64,000 bases of DNA from Trichinella spiralis. Its lineage: Eukaryota. A model generated the notes under the pieces. The model was not told the origin of the DNA. It saw only the letters and a list, made by a program, of their open reading frames with translations, and did not search any database. Position numbers and translations under genes: made by a program. The stretch spans positions 903,527 through 967,526 of the forward strand of contig NW_003526940.1 of the NCBI RefSeq assembly GCF_000181795.1, given 5' to 3'. This document shows positions 37,370 to 51,200 of the stretch, piece after piece (position 1 is the stretch's first letter; the number at the start of each line of letters is the position of its first letter).

Positions 37370-38798
37370 TTAATGTACCACATTCCTGGATGTCGAAGGT
37401 ATTTCTTCTTCATATTCGACTTCGACACGAGGTTTGCGGATTAAATATTTCACTCGTTTCTTCCGAAGTTTGCCGGTTCGTTTCTTTCTCTTATCCACAC
37501 GTTGTTCATCATCACTGGAATCGGATTCATAAGAAGACGAAGAAACAAGCTTCTCGGCAAAATCCTAAAAATAAAAAAAAACAAATGCAATTTATTTCCA
37601 ATTTTTCAAACTTGAATCTCTCCACTCACTTCCATATCGGATACTTCGCTTTCTTCAAAATCTTCAACGTACTGCACATTCTCTTCCACTTCTTTTCCTT
37701 CAGTTGCATTTTTTTCACCAACCACCTGTCTCTCTTTTTCCAACGTTTCTTCGTTGAAATCATATAAATCACCGTACTGAAACATTCACAATTCGTACAA
37801 TTGCCATCCTTACAATATACAACTTGATCATCATTGTAGAGTACTGTGGGTAAAAAAAAATTTTTTTCTCAACTCTCAGTTTGTGATTCAAAAATTCTTT
37901 GCACTTCAATTAAATGAAAGTGAAGGCAAAAGTAGTTTGTTAGATAAAAAGCTGCGAAAGCTAGAATTCAAATTGAACACAAGTAAAAAATAATATCCGC
38001 AAATATATGTAGTGAAATTATACAGAATAAACAATAAAATTTGATTTTAAACGTAGAATAATGCTGATATAGACTAGTTCAATTTCGGGCAATGAATGTA
38101 TACAATGAAATAAAAACACGTACTGTTCCTTGTTGAAGTCTTTCTAAAAGCTCTCGTTCTATTGCTTTGTCAATCCGGGCAGCAGCTAATGCTTTCGTTT
38201 CTCGCCTCAGTTCACGTTTCTCAATTTTCCTTGAAATTGGAATAATCTTTTTCCTAAAATATAATTCAATTAATATTCAAAATGTTTGATTTAATTAAAT
38301 ATAACTGACTTGGATTTTAACATCAGTTTTCGCATTCGAACTAAAACTTGTTGATAACGTATCAAACGCTGCTTGCATTTAAAACGGATAAACTTTGGCC
38401 AATAGAGCAAACGTTCATCAATAACAGCCATGGCATTTTCCAAATTTTGTGGCAATCTAACCTTCTCCCACAAACGTCCTGGAAAATGGCTTCGTTCCAC
38501 CTCTTTCATGTATAAATAAATTCTTCCTTAAATGATTCATTACAACAAATAAAATGTTCAACAAATGAATAACAATTACCTTTTTCCTCTCGAACAGTTG
38601 CATATTGACTGTTAGCCATTGGACAAGCTTGTCGTGTACACAAACCTGTTAAATTCCATTCACTCCGACAAAATTTCTGCGTTTTTGTTCTGTAAAATAG
38701 TAATTGTAATAGGAAATCAAATATGCAAATGCTTACTGAGTTTTATATGAGCAGAATCCATTTGACAACAGTTGCCAAACCACATCATCAGTTTGCAT
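37370..38798 (-). CDS. MAK16: MAK16 60S ribosome biogenesis protein
   Basis: [78 protein letters not shown], acidic tail ending [10 protein letters not shown]...H then stop. Confidence 0.95.
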
Positions 38799-39491
38799 TT
38801 CGACTGAAAAATGTGCGTCCAAACTTCTGAAAAAAAAACTACTTTAATATATTTATTCATCATTATCAAGAAATTAATTTTGCATCACTGCTAAATAAAA
38901 CTATTTTCATTTCTAAGATCAAAGTGATGATACACTTAATTATATCCAAATTAAGAAGAGCAATAACAAATGGCACATAAAACGTAGAGATGATTTATTG
39001 TAATTTATCTGAAATAACTGTAGATCAAACAGAATCTAGAATCAAGAACATTCAACTCTGAAAATCAAACATTGTCAAAATCCATTCCAAATTTTTATTT
39101 ACAGTACATCTATCAACTAATTGCAGCAAGAATAATAATTCAAGTTTTTTTAATACTACGTTTCTGAAAATATAAAGTGTTGAAACTGTCAAATAAAAAA
39201 AGTTACGCTAAAAGCACAGCACTGCTTTTTTCAGTTTACTGTATCAGTTACAGTAACCAAGTTAGTTGTTGCAAAGCAGTTTAAAAAATATTTCATCATT
39301 ACAATTATTATAGCGTTTTTTAAATTTATAAATGATTGATTAGTTATTTACTTTGAATAAAATTAAAACATGAATTTGCTGTTATTTCTTATTTAGTTCT
39401 TTGAAAAATTGTTTTTCCGCCACAGTATAATTTGTTATATTTTTAAGCATTTTTATCAAGCCAGTAGCTTCATACTGGTGGAATAGTGAAT

Positions 39492-41633
39492 ATGCGCGTT
39501 AAAGTTATATCACGAAATCCTGATGAGTATATGCGAGAAACTAAAAGCGACATTTTTAAAGGTAGGTATTGTACAGTTTTGTATTGTTATTTATTTTAGT
39601 GTTGTTATTTTTTAACAAGTGTATGATTTTGACTTATTTAGTTCCAAGAAATTATGACTCGTCATTGCATCCATTTCAAGCCCAAAGAGAATATGTACGG
39701 GCTTTAAATGCTGTGAAACTAGAACGCGTGTTTGCTAAACCTTTTCTTGGCAGCTTGGATGGACATTTCGATGGTGTGCATTGCTTAGCGAAACATCCAA
39801 CTAGTTTAACCACTTTATTATCTGGTGCTTATGATGGCGAAGTTAAATTTGTTTTTTTTTGAAAATTTGACATGTTAAACAGTTTTGGGTTTATAGATTC
39901 GATTATGGAATCTTGCATCGAGAAAGTGTATTACAAGTATCAAAGCCCACACTGGCTTTGTACGTGGAATGTGTGTAGATCCGTCTGGTGAAACATTCTT
40001 TTCAGTAGGCGACGACAAATCTATCAAGAGATGGCCTTTTGTAATTGATGATTCTAAATCTCCATTAGAGCCGATTTCGACATTTTTAAGTTCAGTATGT
40101 GTAATTGTTGAATTGGAATATAAATTCATATTTTTTGTTGTTGTTATTGTTGGATGTTTAGGATTGTATTCTTGATGTTACTCATCATTGGAAAGAAAAT
40201 AAAATAGCAACTTGTGGAAATGGCGTTCAGGTTTGGGAACACACAAGAGCGTCACCGATTAGAATTTTTGAATGGGGAGTTGACAGTGTTTACAAAGTTC
40301 GATTCAATCCTATTGAGGTATGTTCATTTATTAAAGTATATTTAACATTTAAATATTCGTTGAATAATAACACTGAAAAGTGGACAACTTTAAAAATTTC
40401 TTTTTTAGGTAGATTTATTTGCTGCTCTTTCAAATGATAGAAGTATAATGTTGTACGATTGCCGTGCTCATGACCCGCTACACAAGGTGACTATGATTAA
40501 ATTTTTTCATCATATTTGCACGCGTAAAAGATACTTTTGAATAATAAGATAATATTATGAAAAATTAAATTTGTTGTTTCACGCAATAATATTTTTAACG
40601 TTTAGTTACAGTATTAGTAATTTTCAGGTAAATGAAAATTCAAGATTTATTCTGTGAATAAATATTTCTGTTTAGGTCGTTATGAAATTAAAGAGCAATG
40701 CAATTTCGTGGAACCCAATGGAAGCTTTTGTGTTTACTGTTGCAAATGAAGATTACAAGTAATTTTGAAAAAAAACATGAAAAAAAGAATTTTGACAAAT
40801 GTATATGCTTGTGTTAACGTATGCTTTTTCTAGTCTCTATTCATTTGATTTGAGAAAGATGTCTTCACCATTCATTGTTCATATGGATCATATTTCAGCT
40901 GGTATGGTAAAGTTAAAGTGTATTTTTTTTAAATAAAATTATATTCAAATTAGTAATGGATGTGGACTATTCTCCAACTGGTCGAGAATTTGTTTCCGGA
41001 AGTTATGATAAAACCATTCGAATATTCAATCAGGGTGATGGAAAGAGTCGGTAATATAGTTCAGTTTTTGCCAATTTATTATTATTTTTATTATTTTTTA
41101 AAAATAAAATTAAGTGAAATATATCATACGAAACGTATGCAAAGAGTGATGTGCGTTGCTTGGTCGTTGGATAATAAATATATTGTCAGTGGTTCAGATG
41201 AAATGAATTTGCGTGTATGGAAAGCAAAAGCTTGGGAGAAACTTGGACCAGTAAAATTTTATTAATCAATTTGTAAATAATTTGAAAAATAATAATTTTA
41301 TTTTTTTTCAGATGGCAGTACGCGAGCGAAATTCGCAAAAGTATGCAGAAAAGTTGAAAGAAAAGTACAAGTATTTTCCTGAAATTAAACGCATTGCTCA
41401 GCATCGTCACGTACCCAAGCACGTATACAATGCGAGAGCTGAACTGAATGCAATGAGAAAATCCCAGAAGAGAAAGTTTGTCTCATTTTGGCTTGTATTT
41501 TGCATTGCCATTCCATGCATTACATTGGTCTTGATTTATTTTAAGAGAGAAAAATCGTCGTGCTCACAGCAAGCCTGGAACTGTACCGTTTGTGGCAGAA
41601 AAGAAAAAGCATGTCGTTGGAGAAGAGGATTGA
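39492..41633 (+). CDS. DCAF13: DCAF13/SOF1 WD40 SSU-processome protein
   Basis: MRVKVISRNPDEYMRETKSD, HPFQAQREYVRALNAVKLERVFAKPF, WNPMEAFVFTVANED, YHTKRMQRV, PEIKRIAQHRHVPK, RRAHSKPG. Multi-exon; stop at 41631-41633. Confidence 0.95.
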
Positions 41634-42183
41634 TTATTATTGTGTACATTTTTGTTCATTAGCTGTTCGTCGCTTTGTTGCAGTTTCAGCTTTATAAAAA
41701 TTATTGCACATTACGAAACAATGACTTTTTTGTCTTCATCATAGTGTTGCTATTAACAATTAAGCTTCATTTCACACGAGTCAATATTGAATTAGAATCA
41801 AGGCACCCGGGCGAAAATTGAATTTCAGGCACCGCCCGCCTTGAATGAACATGTTTGAAAAATGTCTGTAATGAGACAATTTATACTAATAGCCTCTTGG
41901 CGACCATTTGTTACGGTTCATTTTACTGAAAAATCCATCAATGTGACAGTGGTGGTTGGTGGACGGCTAATTTATCTTCAAGTTGCAATAGAAAAATATG
42001 GAATTGGGCCGATGTTGAGATTTTGACAATTTTCCATCATCAACCAGATGTCCATTGTTTCACGTGTGATAGCAGTGTGCATATACGGATCTTGAGTTAA
42101 CGACCGTTTTGCTCTGCGGGCAGTGTCCGGTCGACGAAGCCAAAAATCGATCGCACCGTCGGAAGCTGGCTAACAACAGTTGC

Positions 42184-42193
42184 TTATATAAAA
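42184..42193 (+). promoter_or_regulatory. Candidate TATA box upstream of the kinase gene
   Basis: TTATATAAAAG inside a locally GC-richer non-coding island about 1.2 kb upstream of the kinase ATG. Confidence 0.3.
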
Positions 42194-43362
42194 GCCGACT
42201 GAACGAACATTTCACGATGTGCTTTCATTTTGGCATCTGATGACGACGACAACTGTTCTCTGGGAATCGACTGACAATCATCAATACTCGTGTGTGTATG
42301 TGTGTGTCTTGGTGTATCAAGTTCAAAAATTCGATCGCATGCTTTGCTGAGAAAGCTGAGCAAAAGCTTCTCAGCTAGCTATTCACAACTTTCAGATCAC
42401 TTCAGCTCGTTTTAACTAGAAAATGATGCTCATCCATTACAAGCTTTAATTTCAGGTTGTTGTTTATTTGTTTGTTATTTATTCATTCATTTCATTGTTG
42501 CTAGTTTCGTTGTTCAAAATAATTGCTCAATTAAAAGTGGAAATAAGTAGTTAAGTAAAATGCAATTTATTTCAAATTGTGGAAATTTTATTTTAGAAAT
42601 TCGTTCGAACAGATGATCTATTTCAATGTCATTCATTAATTATTTAAATTGTTTGCTTTTATTTACAGTATAACTCAAGGTTTTTTTCACTCTTATCATA
42701 ATTTGAAAAATGATATACAGTATGATAAATATTCATATGCATAGTCGCAAAATTTTTGGCGAAATTAGTAACTTCATCAAAGTAGATGTCTTGCGCCAAC
42801 TTTGCATTTTCGAAATTTGCAAAAATTTTTGTCAAGTGTTTATTTTGAAAGTTTAAACTCTTCGTTTTGACGCAACTATTGATTTTAAATGCTTTTCTCA
42901 ACAAAGAACAGTTGTTGTAATTTTCTTGAAAAAAATATTCAACATCAGTGCATAATTGAAATTCAACGAGGCATAATTTATTTTATTAGCTCAACTCTGA
43001 AGCCGTCAGTTTGTAATGAGCTTGTTGCAAATTCCAGTTCATACATGAGAATAACAAACAAGTGAAAAGTAAAATTACATTATAAAACTATGCTACATTT
43101 AAACTCTTAATGACAAAGTATCAAGTTTATTGTTTTCTTGAACTGTAATTTGAAAAAAAATATGCACCGTTTTTTTATTTTTTAAGCATTTTTAAATTGG
43201 ATCTTTTGACACCTCAGCATATTGATTAGCATATAGGTTGCATATTACATTTTGGGCTTCAATCTTATTTGATTAAAGAGCAATTATGAGCTGTTTAAAA
43301 TTTGAGCTTCATAGTAAGGTTTTAATGTTTAAGATGTTTTTCCTATTTTTAGATTTGCATTC

Positions 43363-46300
43363 ATGGGAAATCAGAGCAGTGTATCCGATTGCAAGTAAAC
43401 TTTCTTTTTTCACTTTCTCACTCCACAGTTGATATATTTTAAGATGCTTAATTATTTAAATTTTTTCAACATTTTTAATGCAAATTTTTATAAATTATGC
43501 TTCTTTATTTTCTCTTATTAAGAACTTGTCCATTGTTTGATCAATCGAAATGCCACTTTTTGGATGGAATTTCGTCAAATCGACGATATTACACTTGCAA
43601 AGAGAAAAAGCAGCAACATTTGAATAAGCTGTTTTTGGAAAAATGCGCACTGCTCATTGCGGACAGTCCGTGCACCACCAGTGCAAGTGATGAATCATTA
43701 AAAATGGAATGCTGCTCTAAATTCGAAGACGATTCACTGCAGACATATAATATGATGCTTGTTGACAAGCTTCCACTTGATATACCAGAATGCGTTGCAA
43801 ATGGTGAACAAGTGAATGCAAAGTTTTCAAAGAAAACAAAAAACTCTGAGATTATGAGCTGTGATGATGAACAATGTGCAGCAGCTGCACAAGTAAATAA
43901 AAAATTGAATCTCATTTCCTATCTACAACAGTGGAATGCAAGCAAAGTGAGTTTTTCTACATACATACTGTATGAAAAATATATGAATATTTTGTTTTGA
44001 GAAATCAAAGAAAAAGCCTGCAATGCAAGCGTCTTCTTTGCCAGGACTTTTCATTTCTGGAAGGCCCGCCAGTTTGAATGTGAAATGCCTTTCCGATTCA
44101 AAGTTACAATCGTCGTTTAGATCATTTTGGTCATTTCGCAGTCCTCGAACTGCTAGATCCTTGCCAAACACTGGTAATTTATTAAAATTTTTAAAAAATT
44201 ATTAAAAATTGTTTTTCTTTTATCAGAAAGTGCAACAAGTTTAAATTCACTAACAGATGGCAGGACACCTTGGCCAATTCCTTGGTTAGAAGCAATTTTT
44301 CTACCAGAATTTCCAAATAAAGGACAATTGAACGAAAAATTATTTCAAGTAATTTTGTAATTACGTGCATTTTTCAATGACAAATTGAACTAACTGATCA
44401 GGTTCTTACTTTTATTATAATCGCCTTTAGGTTTTTTCTTTTTTATAAAATTCAAAAGATGCTCTTAATAAGGATGTTTTTCAAACTTTTTAACAGATTC
44501 TTCTGATATTGATCTTTTATGGGGATAATTAACATTTCAGATGTGCATGGATATATCAGTGACGTTATTTCAATTTAATTCAATAATGTGAAAAATAAGC
44601 TTATGATTAAATTAAATTAAAGACATCCCTTGTAAAAATGTTATTTAAAGTAAAGGATGTTGTGCATGGATCATTATTCGTTATTAAAAATTTAACATCA
44701 TTTATAAGTATAAAATTAGCTTTTATTGAAAATTAAAATGCCTCTTTGTTTATAATGATACATTTAGGAAAATGGAATATTATCACGTGGAAAATTTAGT
44801 ACTGTTTACAAGGCTACTTTGAAAGCATATCCACAGACATTGTTCGCTCTGAAGGTTATTTTTGAACATTTTAAATTAAACACATCAAATGAATAATTGC
44901 TGCTTATTTCTTAGGTGCAAAGAAAATCAACTATTATTTCAGAAAATGCAGTTCGACAAGTTAAAGATGAATTAAAAAATCACGTAAATATTCCTTGATT
45001 ATGGCACAATATTTCTATTATTAAAAATGAACTATTTCCAATTAATTTAAAATTTTCAATTTAATATATTATTTTAATAAATTATGATATTTAAACAAAT
45101 TGCATTTAATGTAAACATTTTTAATTTTAGCAGACGTTAAGCTGTCATCCTTTCATTGCTCAACTTTATGGCAGTTGGCAAAGCAGAACTAAAATTTATA
45201 TGGGTATAGGAATTGAAAAGATTTTATTATTACTTCACCATCTAATAAATGAAAATTTCATTTTTATGTTAAACTATTATTAGCTGTTAATTTTTTTAAT
45301 CTACTCTTTTAGTAATGAATTATGTTTCGGGCTTTGGCGATCTTTATGAATATTGGCGATATGAAAATTTATTACCACCTAGAGTTATAAAACTTTGGGC
45401 AGCAGAGCTTGGAATTGTTCTTGGTAAAAATTTCCAATGAAATTCATCATCTCATTTGAAACAGCTTGTTTAATTCTGCAGATTACATGCACAGTAAAAA
45501 TATTGTATATCGAGATTTGAAAATGGAAAATATTCTTCTAAATGAACAAGGTAAAAAGAATTTGCTTGCATTCAAAAAAATTTTAAATATTGCAGAAAAA
45601 AAAAACTGTTGCAGCTCACATTCGACTTGTTGATTTTGGATTTTCCAAACAGTTGGATGGAAGTCGAAGAACGAACACAATTTGTGGAACTTTGAATTAT
45701 ATGGGTAAATTTTAATTTTATGTAATTTTGCATTTTTTAAATTTAAAATTTGCATAAATTTTCAGCACCTGAAATATTTTCCGGATTTGGTTATGATTGC
45801 AGTGTCGATTGGTGGAGTTTGGGTGTTTTGTTGCATACACTTGCCGTTGGTGAGTTTCCATTTCAAGTGTCAAGGGAAAAAATTCACATTGCTCCGGGTT
45901 ATCGACCACCTCGAAATTTGGATCAATCTTTACAGCGCCTTTTGTTGAAAGTAAAAAATTTTTTGAATTCAATTTGCAATTTTACAATTTTTGCTTTAAA
46001 TGTAAAATTTGTTCTTCAAAATTTGTTTCAAATATTGATTATTGAATTAATCAGTTGGAGAAGAATATAATTTGATTGTTGATCAATTTCAGCTGTTGAG
46101 AATAAATTCTGCAGAACGAATTCAAAGTCTATCTGCTTACCAGAAGGAAGCTTATTTTGCAGATGTTAGCTTTGAAGCAATAATTGAACAGAAGGTAATT
46201 TATTCAAATAAAGAAAAGCAGAAGAAAAATACTTGTATTTTTTATTTTAGTTATCTCCACTGGAAGAAATAAATATTTACAAGAATCGTCTTATAAGAAA

Positions 46301-46950
46301 AAGAAAGAAAGAGCTGGAAAACTTGGCGTAAGTGCTGTTGGTATTTATTGTTTAAAAATTATTTTGAATTAATTCTCTTAAGAAAGAACATTTCAATTAA
46401 TTTTAATGAACACCTTGTTTCTATTTTTATACATATATATATATATGGCATTATTTAATTATTAATTCAGTTATATAAAATATAATGTATTTATTTCCTA
46501 ATTATTTAACATTATATAATGGTATTCGTAGTTTGGTGGTTATATAATTTACACAATAAAGAAGATTGTATTTATTATTAAAAGTAATAATTTGTTTTTT
46601 ATATTAAATTCACAAAAATCAAAATATATTTATGAAAGGTTTTTTTCATGAAATATATATTTCCGTCTTGAAATTTCATCGCAAGAATAGTTTTTTTTCT
46701 TGTTTCATGAGATTTGTTCAATTTAAATAAACAGTATTTCATTATTCAATTATTAATTTTGAAATTTTGATAATAATGCAAAAAATTATTATTTCCAACG
46801 TGATTTTGTTTTCAGTGAGGAAGAAGAAAATCTTGAAGATTATGATGAAGAATATTGCAAGGTATTGAATAAAAGTACGTTATTCTTCTTTATTGTTTTA
46901 CTATAAATTAGCATTCGTTTCAGTTCCTGAAATTTGACTACGTCTCTTGA
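43363..46950 (+). CDS. AGC-group Ser/Thr kinase, RSKR/SGK494-like
   Basis: MGNQSS start; pre-kinase WPIPWLEAIFLPEFP motif; ISRGKFSTV, FALK, HPFI, YRDLKMENILL, DFGFS, TICGTLNYMAPE, VDWWSLG; C-terminal FLKFDY hydrophobic-motif-like end. Many small exons. Confidence 0.85.
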
Positions 46951-48243
46951 ACATTTGTGAAGCTTGCTAATTTTGGATGCTTGTTTTATACTATTGTTGA
47001 GCAATAAACAGTTTCTTCTTATTCAAAGGAAACGATCGATTCATTTGAATTGAACTGTTTAAAAATTGTTGCATTGATGCTGAATTGTTTTGTGATTCTT
47101 TTATATAAAAACAAGAGTAATAACGCAAAAATTGTTTAAGCATCAAGGTTAACGAACTTTGAAGATACTTTCTTTATCGAATGCTTAATAAAAGTTTGAA
47201 AGTTTGTTTAATTGTTAGTGTAATAATTAAATTTGAAACTTTTCGTCCAATAGAAACAATGCAAAACAAAATTTTCTCATTTTATTCTATCATAAAATAC
47301 TATAAAGAATTTGTGTAATTTTATTGTAGAAATAAAGCGCAGCACTTTTGTTAATTAACAAAAGTAGAGAAATAGTTGATTGTTAAGCTTCTGTTCAATG
47401 AATTGCACAAACGCAGTTCACAATGGTCAGTTGGAAAATGCTTGGTAATAAATTAAATAGAAGCTACAAGGCTAGAGATAGAGAAGCTTTTATTGCATGT
47501 ATTGATTTTTCATTCTTGGCCAATTTCTTTCATTGACAATATACATTTTCATTGGTATAGAAAATGCACGCAAGGCAGAGTTCAGTGAAAAGTTGACTCT
47601 GCGCAATCTCAACACTGTCAATGTTTTTGATCTCTTTTTATTTTTCATTTGAAAGATTTCATTGAATATTTTATTTATTAAAATTTCAACGGACGCAAAA
47701 GCAATGTTGCATATTTTATTATCTCAGTGAATAAAAAAGTTTTTCACATGATTCATTACTGTAATTCAAAAGGATGCATAGGAGCAATTTCCTGTTTGTT
47801 ATAATTAAGCTTCAGTTTTGTGGATGACAGTCAAGAGAGTTGCGGCGTTCAATTTGTGCGAGACGATGCGACCAATCAATTTTGTATATACGATAATCAT
47901 TCTTTCTGTTGTACTGATCGATACTTTTTGAATGAATACGAATCAAAGATACACAGATACACACACACACACACACATACGTACACAAACATATTTATCC
48001 ATTCATCCATCCATAATCTGAGCATGCTATTGCGTTATTCAATGCAGTTTGAACAAAGTTTGCCTGACTGATTGGGCTAAATCATGTTTTCCAAGTCATA
48101 CCATTGTTCGCAATAATAATTGCGCTATTTTTATTGCTATTTTTCATCAACAATTTCAAAGAGAGTAACATAGTCTGCTCAAAGTTCGTTTATTTGTTAA
48201 AATTGATAATCAAATAATTTTTAGATCATGATTCAATTTCTCC

Positions 48244-51200
48244 ATGTCTGACCAGCGTGAAGCGTTGTTAATGGAACTGAAGAAGCAGGTACATTGAGCT
48301 GGTTCATTTTCATAACACAACACTGTATTATTATTTTATCAACAAAATAAATAATAATAATTTTGAAATTATTTTGAAATATCCATGACAAAATGAGAAA
48401 ATATTTTTAAACCACTAAGGTGAAGCACATCGTGGAAGAAGCAGTGCTGAAGAAAGTGATCAGCGAAAGTGACAGTTGCCTGTTGTCACTTTGCCTTGCT
48501 GTGGAGCACTGCCTTTTGCATGGTCTTCGAAAGCGTGTTTTTGGCTTATTCGGCCGTGCGACGACGTTCGCGTTGCTGCACAAAATTGCAGTCTCATTTC
48601 CACCCGCAGAGCAAATATTCCGCAAAGCTGTATCCTTAGAAAAGTTATCCCTCACTCGAAAACGGTAAAACAAATAAATAAATCAACTTTAATAAATTTT
48701 TAAAAATATTTTGTCATTATTCATTGTTTAAATGCAAAATAAAATTCAAATTGTTCTTGTTGAAATAATAGTTTCTTTTTTTGTTTTTTTTGCTAAAATG
48801 CATTATCTTACTTGAGAGATTTTGTTTATTTCAGCTATACTGAATTTCGTGCTAAATTATAGTAATGTAATGTAATGTAATAATTAATTTTTAATTTATA
48901 AATAAATCAATAACTTTAAGACACCAAAGCGTATTAGTTCAACATGAAATTGTGTGGATACGTTTGGCAATAACTGAAAAAGTGTTGGACATTATTATAA
49001 AGTATATTTCAGAAAATGCAAGGTATAATATTTATTCATTTTATTTTATGTGCACAGAATAAAGTACAAGTTTAGTAGTATTAATTATTATGGTCATTTT
49101 TAAGAAAATATTATGATGAAAATGCCCTTATGCGGGATTCTGTTTCTAGCAGTATGGTAGCTGGCCTTCTAGGTATTGCTTTTATTTTTATATTTAATTT
49201 TTTCATATATATACTGTTTTAAATTAATTAATCATGAAACTGATTTTTTCAAAGAATTTTAGTTGGGATATGTGCACTGGAATACACCCAATTAGAAGTG
49301 AGCAAAGATGACTCTCTAGAATTAAATCCATGCGCAGCAGTTTTTCAACAGGAAGATAGTTATTCAGATTTTCATAAAAAAAGCATCACGTCACCAAAAC
49401 CAACTCTCGAAGTAGGTTTATAATTATATTTTATTTGAAAAAAATATTGCTTCATATTAAAGTAATTTACCATTGAAAAATCAGACCACTTGCTTATAAT
49501 ATCGATAGAATATTAACATTATTTGACTGCTCTTTGAAATAATGAAGCAAAAATTTATTGATGCATTAAATTGAAATGTCTCTCCATTGGTTATTATGTG
49601 TTTATTGATTAAATTTTTACAGTAAATTTAAATGATAAGCAAATTTATAAAATAACAGCTCACCGTCGCGAAATTAATTGTAATTAAATTTTGAAAACGA
49701 ATTGATTAATGCTACTTTGATTAACTTTTCGTATCTTTTCCAGATAATTAAGTTTACATTATTTTATAAAGAAAATTTTAAACATTAAATGTACATCGAT
49801 TTTCAAATTACTTGTTATTATAATAATTATGTTCTACATAAGTTTTCACGTTTCTTTTTTAATACTCATTTTCTCATTTCAGAAATGAATTATCCTTATC
49901 ATACAAGCATCTATACAGATATATTTATATGTATAGCTATTTATTTCCTTTTATACCAGTTGCAATAATAACTGATAAATTCTTCATTAAGGTGAAACAA
50001 GGCAACAGTTAAAAATAAATAACTTTTACTTTAATATGTACATCAAACTGTAATCGTAATCGCAATTTTTCAGGTAAAACGAACAAGTAGCTTCGGTGCA
50101 GACATTTTAAATAGCTGCCCATTATCTCTACGAGATTATTTTATTTCTTTACGTCAAAGTTCTAAAGTGCAGTTTTTATATGGAAAAAATAATGTGTCAG
50201 TGCAACATGTAAGTTTGGATTTAATTATTTTAGTTAAAATTGATTTATTTTACATTAATTTCATCAGGGTGTTACATCTGACTATTCCAAAGGATATTTA
50301 TCCGTTCAACTGATCGACAACTCAGCGTTGTATGTAAAGTGGATTCCAAATGAGCTGATGCAAGAAAGAAATGTTTCTGTAAACCGGTAAGAATATTACT
50401 GCTTATAAATTCACACTGGAATATATACTATGAAAAGAAAATTATTTTATTCATTTCAGCAATGTATGGCAGTCTATTATTTCGTTTGATATGGCAGAAA
50501 TAAACAGTGTGCATTGTCACATTAACAGTAACAGAAACTTTTTGCAGTTTATGATTACTGTAATGAAAATAATTTCAGGTAGCAACAGTTTCTGTATGTT
50601 GTTTGTCAGAAATGATGGGGTTCCTTATTCACTTATTCAATTCGAAGCTGCTCAGAATATGATTGACTTTCTCTCTGTCATTAACAGTGCAATTCAACCT
50701 GAAAGACGACTGGAATCTTCACCTCTGCTTCAAGCAGGAGGAGGTGATGCTACTGAATAATATAATGATAATAATAATAATAAATTTATTAAAAATATAG
50801 ACGATATTCTTAAATTGATGAGCAACAAATCCGCAGGGAATAAAGAGCAACAGTTCTGCACTTCAGTAGAGTTGGAAAAGCAACTCGGAAGTAAAGAATA
50901 TGTTCTCATGATAGTGGACAATACAACGGGCACATATGAAAGTAAATTTTTATTATTTATCAAAAAAAGATCTATTTTAATTTTCTAATTTCTGAATTTA
51001 AATTATTTAATTTACATTTAAATAAATAAATTTCAAAAATTGATAACATTATTTTATACTAAACTTATTATTTATGCATATTGAACATTATATTTCAGAT
51101 TAATAATCAAATAACAGTTATTCAGAATAATAAAGCTTAATATTTAAAATTGACCATTAACCACAATCTGTCTGGTTAAAATATACGAATACTACAAAAA

